From NCBI RefSeq assembly GCF_009914755.1, contig NC_060927.1: a stretch of DNA of 64,000 bases. One strand, given 5' to 3'. Shown piece by piece: positions 57,713 through 64,000 of this stretch (positions are counted from its first letter, which is position 1; each line of letters begins with the position of its first letter). The notes below the pieces were generated by a model, which ran no database searches, was not told where the DNA came from, and saw nothing but the letters and a program-made list of their open reading frames with translations. The stretch comes from the human T2T-CHM13v2.0 reference genome, Homo sapiens. Both the position numbers and the translations under genes were made by a program.

Positions 57713-58720
57713 TTAATAAAAGTTGGCTGTGTTTAAATGACCCACTGTTATTACTGATATTTAACATAAAGTGTTGACTATTTCTGAGGCTTTTTCACAA
57801 TAAATACCTAGCAAGGAAAATTGCCATTTAAAGTCCTTAAAATGCTTACTTGTGATTTACCTCTTCCAAAGAAAAATATAAACTCTTTGTTCTGAGAGTA
57901 AAAAAAAAAAAGTAGTACAAATATTCTTGAAGCTGGATACCTGTAGAATAAAAAATAAGAAGAAGAAAACCACTTACAGGCCACATCTATGCAGATGCAG
58001 ATTTAATTTATTTTAAAGGGCATCTTTAGATATTTAAAAGAAATATATTTTTTTACTTGCTCTGAATTTTTCTCAGAACACTTAGATTATCATTTGTCAT
58101 GTTAAGTCAAAGCACTTTCTCCAGACCTTAAAGGTCCCCAAATCAGGTACTGCATCAAATAAACTGAAGCTTCTACATTGCCCTGAGACATGACAAATAT
58201 GTTTGATGATTGTGATATTTTGCTCATTTTCAAAGCATACATGGAAGGCCCTTGTTGTACGTCAGGGAGAGCAGTGAAAGTATAGAATATGGACTAATCA
58301 TGCTTATAGTTATATGACAGCTGAGAGATAAATCTGTGTCATTTTATTTAGATTTGGAAATTTTTTAATAAGACAAAATAGAAAAAAATACCTAATGACA
58401 ATGTTAAGGGAGTTGTTTGGTTTGGTTGAATTGAATTTATGTCCATAAAAGTATACATTCTCTTTAATGGAAAATTAATTTCCTTCATTTCGTTTTTGCC
58501 ATTGAAATCATAGCTATATAAACAACCAAGAACTAGAGTTATCACATCATGTGAGCGTATATGACATAAATAACTGTTGAAGTTACATTTCAAAACATTT
58601 TGAAAAGTTTATTTAAACTGTGTGAAAAGCATAATTATGAGTACTTTGCTTCATCTGTTCCCGGCAATGTACCACTGTGGTCACACATCTACCCCTCTAG
58701 TCACTTAAAAGTTTCTTCTG

Positions 58721-59091
<371 letters not shown>

Positions 59092-59362
59092 TCATCATAG
59101 TTCAACATTTAATTATTGCTTGTTACAATCTAATTTTAGAAAATATTTTTTAAAAGAAAACAAATCCCTATTTTCCTATCTTCTGAGAAAAGACTATGTG
59201 CTCCAACATACTATTTTAAAAACAGAAATATTAAAATAAAATCCTGAGTTATTTAACTTATTGAAATCTTTGTTTTGGGAAGATGTACTTTGTTAATTTG
59301 TTCCCTTTCTTTTTGATCCATAAGTAAGGAAACATTTTCTCTTTATAAATGGAATATTTCGA

Positions 59363-59668
59363 AGCCAGGCGTGGTGGCTCATGCCTGTAATCCAAACACT
59401 TTGGGAGGCTGAGGTGTGAGGACCACCTGAATTCAGGAGATGGAGACCAGCCTACCCAACATGGTGAAACCCTGTCTCTACTAAAAACACAAAAATTCGC
59501 CCGGCATGATAGTGCGTGCCTGTAGTTCCAGCTACTCGGAAGGCTGAGGCAGGAGAATGGCTTGAACCCAGGAGGCAGAGGTTGCAGCGAGCCAAGATCC
59601 ACTGCACTCCAGCCTGGGCGACAGAGCGGGACTCCATTTAAAAAAAAATGAATAAATAAAAATAAAAG
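59363..59668 (+). mobile_element. AluS (Sx-like) with 15-bp TSD
   Basis: Dimeric Alu; TSD TAAATGGAATATTTC at 59346-59360 and 59669-59683. Confidence 0.94.
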
Positions 59669-62600
59669 TAAATGGAATATTTCTAGGTAAAGATACATTC
59701 AGTTTAAAATAGGATTATCTGCATATTATTTTCTTATTGTAGTATAGCAAAGATAATATTTATCATTGAAAATCATATTTGAGTTATTAATTCCTATCAT
59801 TATGCAGTGCTATGGGAATGTATCTACATGTTAACACTTTTTTAAAAAGAGGTATTGAAGATTCCTAAATGTTGCCAAACAATAAAGGTGTCATCTGAGC
59901 ACAAGACAGAGGTGCTAGGAAAGATTAGGAATGTCAAGAATGGTAGGATTTGGGCTCATACTTTGCCTGGTACTAGACTGTTTATATTTTTATAACTCGT
60001 ATAAATTAGGATATATTAAGTAATCAAGGGGGATCTAAAGGGAATGTCAGTGAGGAAAGAGACCATTACATATGGCCCTAGGATACCTAGACAAAACAGT
60101 TCCATCCAGTAAGTAAGAATCAACAGTTTATTGTTTCTTCTGCTTTTTAAATTGGATACAGCATATTGTATTCCAATATTAGTAACATTTATTAATATAA
60201 TAATTTTAATCTATATTGGCATATAATGAAAACAGAATAAAGCAGCTTAGATTTATTTTGATAAGGTTTTAAAGTTTTTCCAAATACATATTTGGAGATT
60301 TCCAACTAAAATTGAGAGTGCTTCCTTCTTGTATGTATTAATATAATTCCCTATTATTCCCCAATGTGTTCAGGTTTCTTTTATTGTTCTGACATAACTG
60401 TTAGCTGTAACCTTCCAAAAGTGTCCCGCTAAGATAATATGAATACTCTATGAAATAAATATCAACTTTCATTAAATTTTATGTTTTTCATCTGCCCGTA
60501 CATTTTTTCTTACGTGATTTTATTGGTGTTATCTGTGAAAGAACACAGTCTAATGTTAAAAGTAGAACTTCTTCCAGTGAAAAAAGCACAGTGGTTAAAT
60601 TGCCAATAAACTGACAAATACAAGATTTTAATTATACTTCCTATTTTTAAAAAACTTTATGTCTTTTTATTCTACTAGAGTCCTAACAAAGTCAATTTGG
60701 GGCTTGCTACTCTAAATGATTCAGGCTCAGAGTTCCCTGAGGATTCTGTTACTCACCTGTTGGGAAGAATGTGGTCATTGCCTTCAATGCCTATTGAGTT
60801 GCTGGTGTGACTAAATTAAACATTTAGGTCTCTTGTCAGCTCTAAGGTTTGTACTTCCGGCAAGATTGAAAGAAAATGTCACTCAAGAACATCCCTGTGT
60901 GAGATATGCTTTCTCCTATCTGATAAAATAGAATGTAATTTTTTATTTTTTATGGAAACTGCCATTTAAATACTTATGACATATTTTATTTCATGGAGAA
61001 ATAAATCCTCAAATGTGACAGCACAACAGCAAGACTGAAATGTTTATGGCCTAGAAATGCCACGAGTTATAAGTTTTGGTGGGATTTTTGGAGTCCCAAT
61101 ACTTGTTAAATGCATCAAAAAATCAACTTTTCTTTATAAACTTTTCGGATAGGGGAAAATTCAAGTTATTCTAAATTGAAGGAATAATTTTGATTCAATT
61201 ATGTAGTATTCATTTTTGTAAAAATTTAAAAAGAAAAGAAATTAGCTGTGCTTTCTTTTACGTTTAAGTAAAATTTAACTTCTAGTTTCCCAATTTTAAA
61301 TTTCAGGGAAAAGAATCTATAAAGTTTCATATTTTAAAAAACATCACAGTCAAAATATAATTATTTTAGAATATGGTTCCAATTCATTTGCTTTATGCCA
61401 ATTATTATTTTACTTAAGTTTATACGAAAACTATTAGTCTTCATATTAACAACAAATTGAGAGGTCACCCAAAACATGATGCAAGCTCTTAAAAACCTAG
61501 AATCTTGTGTAATGCATTTTTGTATCTATTTTAGAAAGTTCAGTGCTTTGTATAAAGTGTTCACTCCATAAATGCTTGTATACAGCAATGTCTCAGGCAT
61601 AAAGTTGATCTCTTGGTAACCTTGAGGTTTGTATGTTTAAAAGGTAGGAAACTGAAAACAATGTTAGACATGGCTGTATTACATAGACAAGAAAATGAGG
61701 TGACACATTAAGCCATCATTTCCATTGAGGACTATATTGACATACAGCATTATTTTAATCTTAATTAAAAATAATTGTGCTGTGTGTGTGCTTTCTTAGC
61801 CTTTAATTAACATAAGCTCTTCAAAACCAAAGTGGCAGCATAATAATGCGTTCATAATTTATAGTATAAATGGTGGCCCTAGGGAAAATGCATTGCTGTA
61901 ACTCCCTTGTAGGTCTATGCTGATGTCACAATGCGGATGAAAACACCAATCAACCAGAGGATGAATGGGGCGAAAGAAAACGTTAGACATGATTTATGTT
62001 ATTTAAAGTATTATATTTTTGATTTTGCTATAATGTGTGTCAATTACCAGTCGATAGTGCATTTTTTCTAACACCTCTGTGTTCATGTGTATGTAATTTT
62101 ATTTTTGGGGTTAGAATATAGTGGCACATTTCGCAATCAGGTAAATCTGCAGGTGACAGTCAAGTGAATTTAAACACTATAGTCTTTAATTATAATTCCA
62201 ACAAATAGCCTGCAAGTAGTTAAAGAGAAATGGATGATGGCTGTGGTAAAGCAGACAATAACAAGTTCATCAGAGTGACGACTAATGTTAATTTTCTTCT
62301 CTTCCATGAATAACTTTATTCACTCTGTGATTGATGATCTGCATTTTTGTAAGAAATCATAGGGGCAGATAGTTTAAAATAACAGATGAACCCCTAAATC
62401 ATTTATACGTAACCTTAGAAAGACTTCTAAAACTTGGACAGGGAGTGGATTCACATCGTTATTTCTTCCTTTAGCTAAAACTGCAATGTGAGGTGACCCA
62501 AAGAAATTCCGGGTAAAGGAGGAAAGCCCTAAAATTATCAATTTTGATTACACATTGTGACTTGCCCTTAGGTTGTTCTGCTTATTTCTCTAACTAAAAG

Positions 62601-62676
62601 TCTAGTCCCTGTTTGTTCTTTATTATTTTGCTGATTTATCCTAACCAAAGACCAAATACATGATTATAGGCCAAGA

Positions 62677-62996
62677 ATGGTTCTGGTTCTGCAGGTTGTA
62701 CGAGAAGCTTGGAGCTGGCATCCGGTCCTGCTGAGGCTGCAGGAGGCTTACAGTCAATCAAGCAGAAGAATAGTGGGAGCATGCATGTCACATGGCAAGA
62801 GTAAGAGAGAGATGCCAGGCTCTTTTAAACAATCAGATTCTGCAGTAACAGAGTGAGGAGTCATTCATTACTGCAAAGACCGCACAAGCCATTCATGAGG
62901 GATCCATCCTCATGACAAAGACCTCCCACTAGGCGCCAATCACGTTAGGAATTACATTTCCACATGACAACTGGAACAAGTATCCAAACCATATCA
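62677..62996 (-). mobile_element. MSTB-like MaLR LTR, partial
   Basis: GCCAGGCTCTTTTAAACAA, AAGCCATTCATGAGGGATCC, CCTCCCACTAGG, ending TCCAAACCATATCA. Confidence 0.88.
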
Positions 62997-63100
62997 GTTA
63001 TTAATAATGGTTTCCTCTGCTGCAAAAGCCTCAACAGCAACAATTAAAATGATTCCTATGAATAATTATTCTTATTTTTAAAAAAATCTAAATTTCTTTA

Positions 63101-63890
63101 AATTTCCATTTTATACTGGGTTCAGGGGTACATGTTCAGGTTTGTTACAAGGATGTATTGCGTTGTGCTGAGGTTTGGGCTTCTATTGATCCCATCATGG
63201 AGATAGTGAACATAGTAACCAATAGGCACTTTTTCAGCTCTTTTCCTCTCTCCCTCCTTCCTTTTGGAATCTCCAGTGCCTACTGTTCCCATCGTTATAT
63301 CTGTGTGACCCTAAGATTTAGTCCCACTTATAAGTAAGAACATGTGTTGATTTTCTGTTTCTGTGTTATTTTGCTTACGATAATGGCCTCTTGCTGCATC
63401 CATGTTGCTGCAAAGGACATAATTTCATTCTTTGTATGGATGCATAGCGTTCCATGGTGTATATGTACCACATTTTCTTTATCTAATTCACCACTGATGC
63501 GACCTCACTTTATTCCATGTCTTTGCTATTGTGAATAGTGTTGCAATGAACATACGAATGCATGTGTCTTTTTAGTAGAATGATCTATTTTCCTAGGCAT
63601 ATGTACTCACTAATGGGATTGCTAGGTCAAATGGAGGTTCTCTTTTTAGTTTTTTGAGAAATCTCCAAGCTGTTTTCCACAGTGGCTGAACTAATTTGCA
63701 GTCCCACCAACAGCGTATAACCATTCCCTTTTCTCCACAGGCTTACCTGCATTTGTTATTTTTTGACATTTTAATAATAATTATCCTTACTGATGTAAGA
63801 TGTTATCTCACTGTGGTTTTGTTTTGTATGTCTCTGATGATTAGTGGTGTTGAGCATTTTTTCATATGTTGTTGACCACTTGTATGTCTT
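63101..63890 (-). mobile_element. L1PA15/16-like LINE-1 3' end
   Basis: CAGGGGTACATGTTCAGGTTTGTTAC..GCTGAGGTTTGGGCTTCTA..CATCCATGTTGCTGCAAAGGACAT. Confidence 0.9.
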
Positions 63891-64000
63891 TATTTATTTA
63901 TTTTCTAATTTTTTAGATGGAGTCTTGCTCTGTTGCCAGGCTGGAGTGCAATGGCGCCATCTCGGCTCACTGCAACCTCCAACGCCCGGGCTCAAGGGAT
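63889..64000 (-). mobile_element. Alu (S-type) abutting the L1, cut by the window edge
   Basis: T-rich tail then AGATGGAGTCTTGCTCTGTTGCCAGGCTGGAGTGCAATGG. Confidence 0.92.

Overview
AT-rich (roughly one-third GC by eye), CpG-depleted human-type genomic DNA. A near-consensus AluYa5, a human-lineage subfamily, points to Homo sapiens. I find no credible protein-coding gene, tRNA/rRNA, CpG island or prokaryotic-type system. The supplied ORFs trace to Alu, L1 ORF2 or LTR remnants and simple repeats, or look like chance ORFs. The window contains about 16 Alu/FRAM copies, several L1 fragments, L2/MIR relics, five ERVL/MaLR solo LTRs, a MER6A transposon and microsatellites. Nearly all L1s and LTRs lie on the minus strand, which suggests an intron of a large + strand gene; I cannot name the locus. 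The most notable observations are: two Alus 17 kb apart sharing private left-arm variants (possible ectopic gene conversion); an L1 deletion with GT..AG-like ends; an LTR16C>MER6A>AluYa5 nest; an Alu tail converted to a phased GAGGAAGTG array beside a Z-DNA-prone tract; and a candidate non-coding exon between twin (CA)n repeats. Repeat subfamily calls come from recalled consensus sequences, not a RepeatMasker run, and boundaries of old repeats are approximate.
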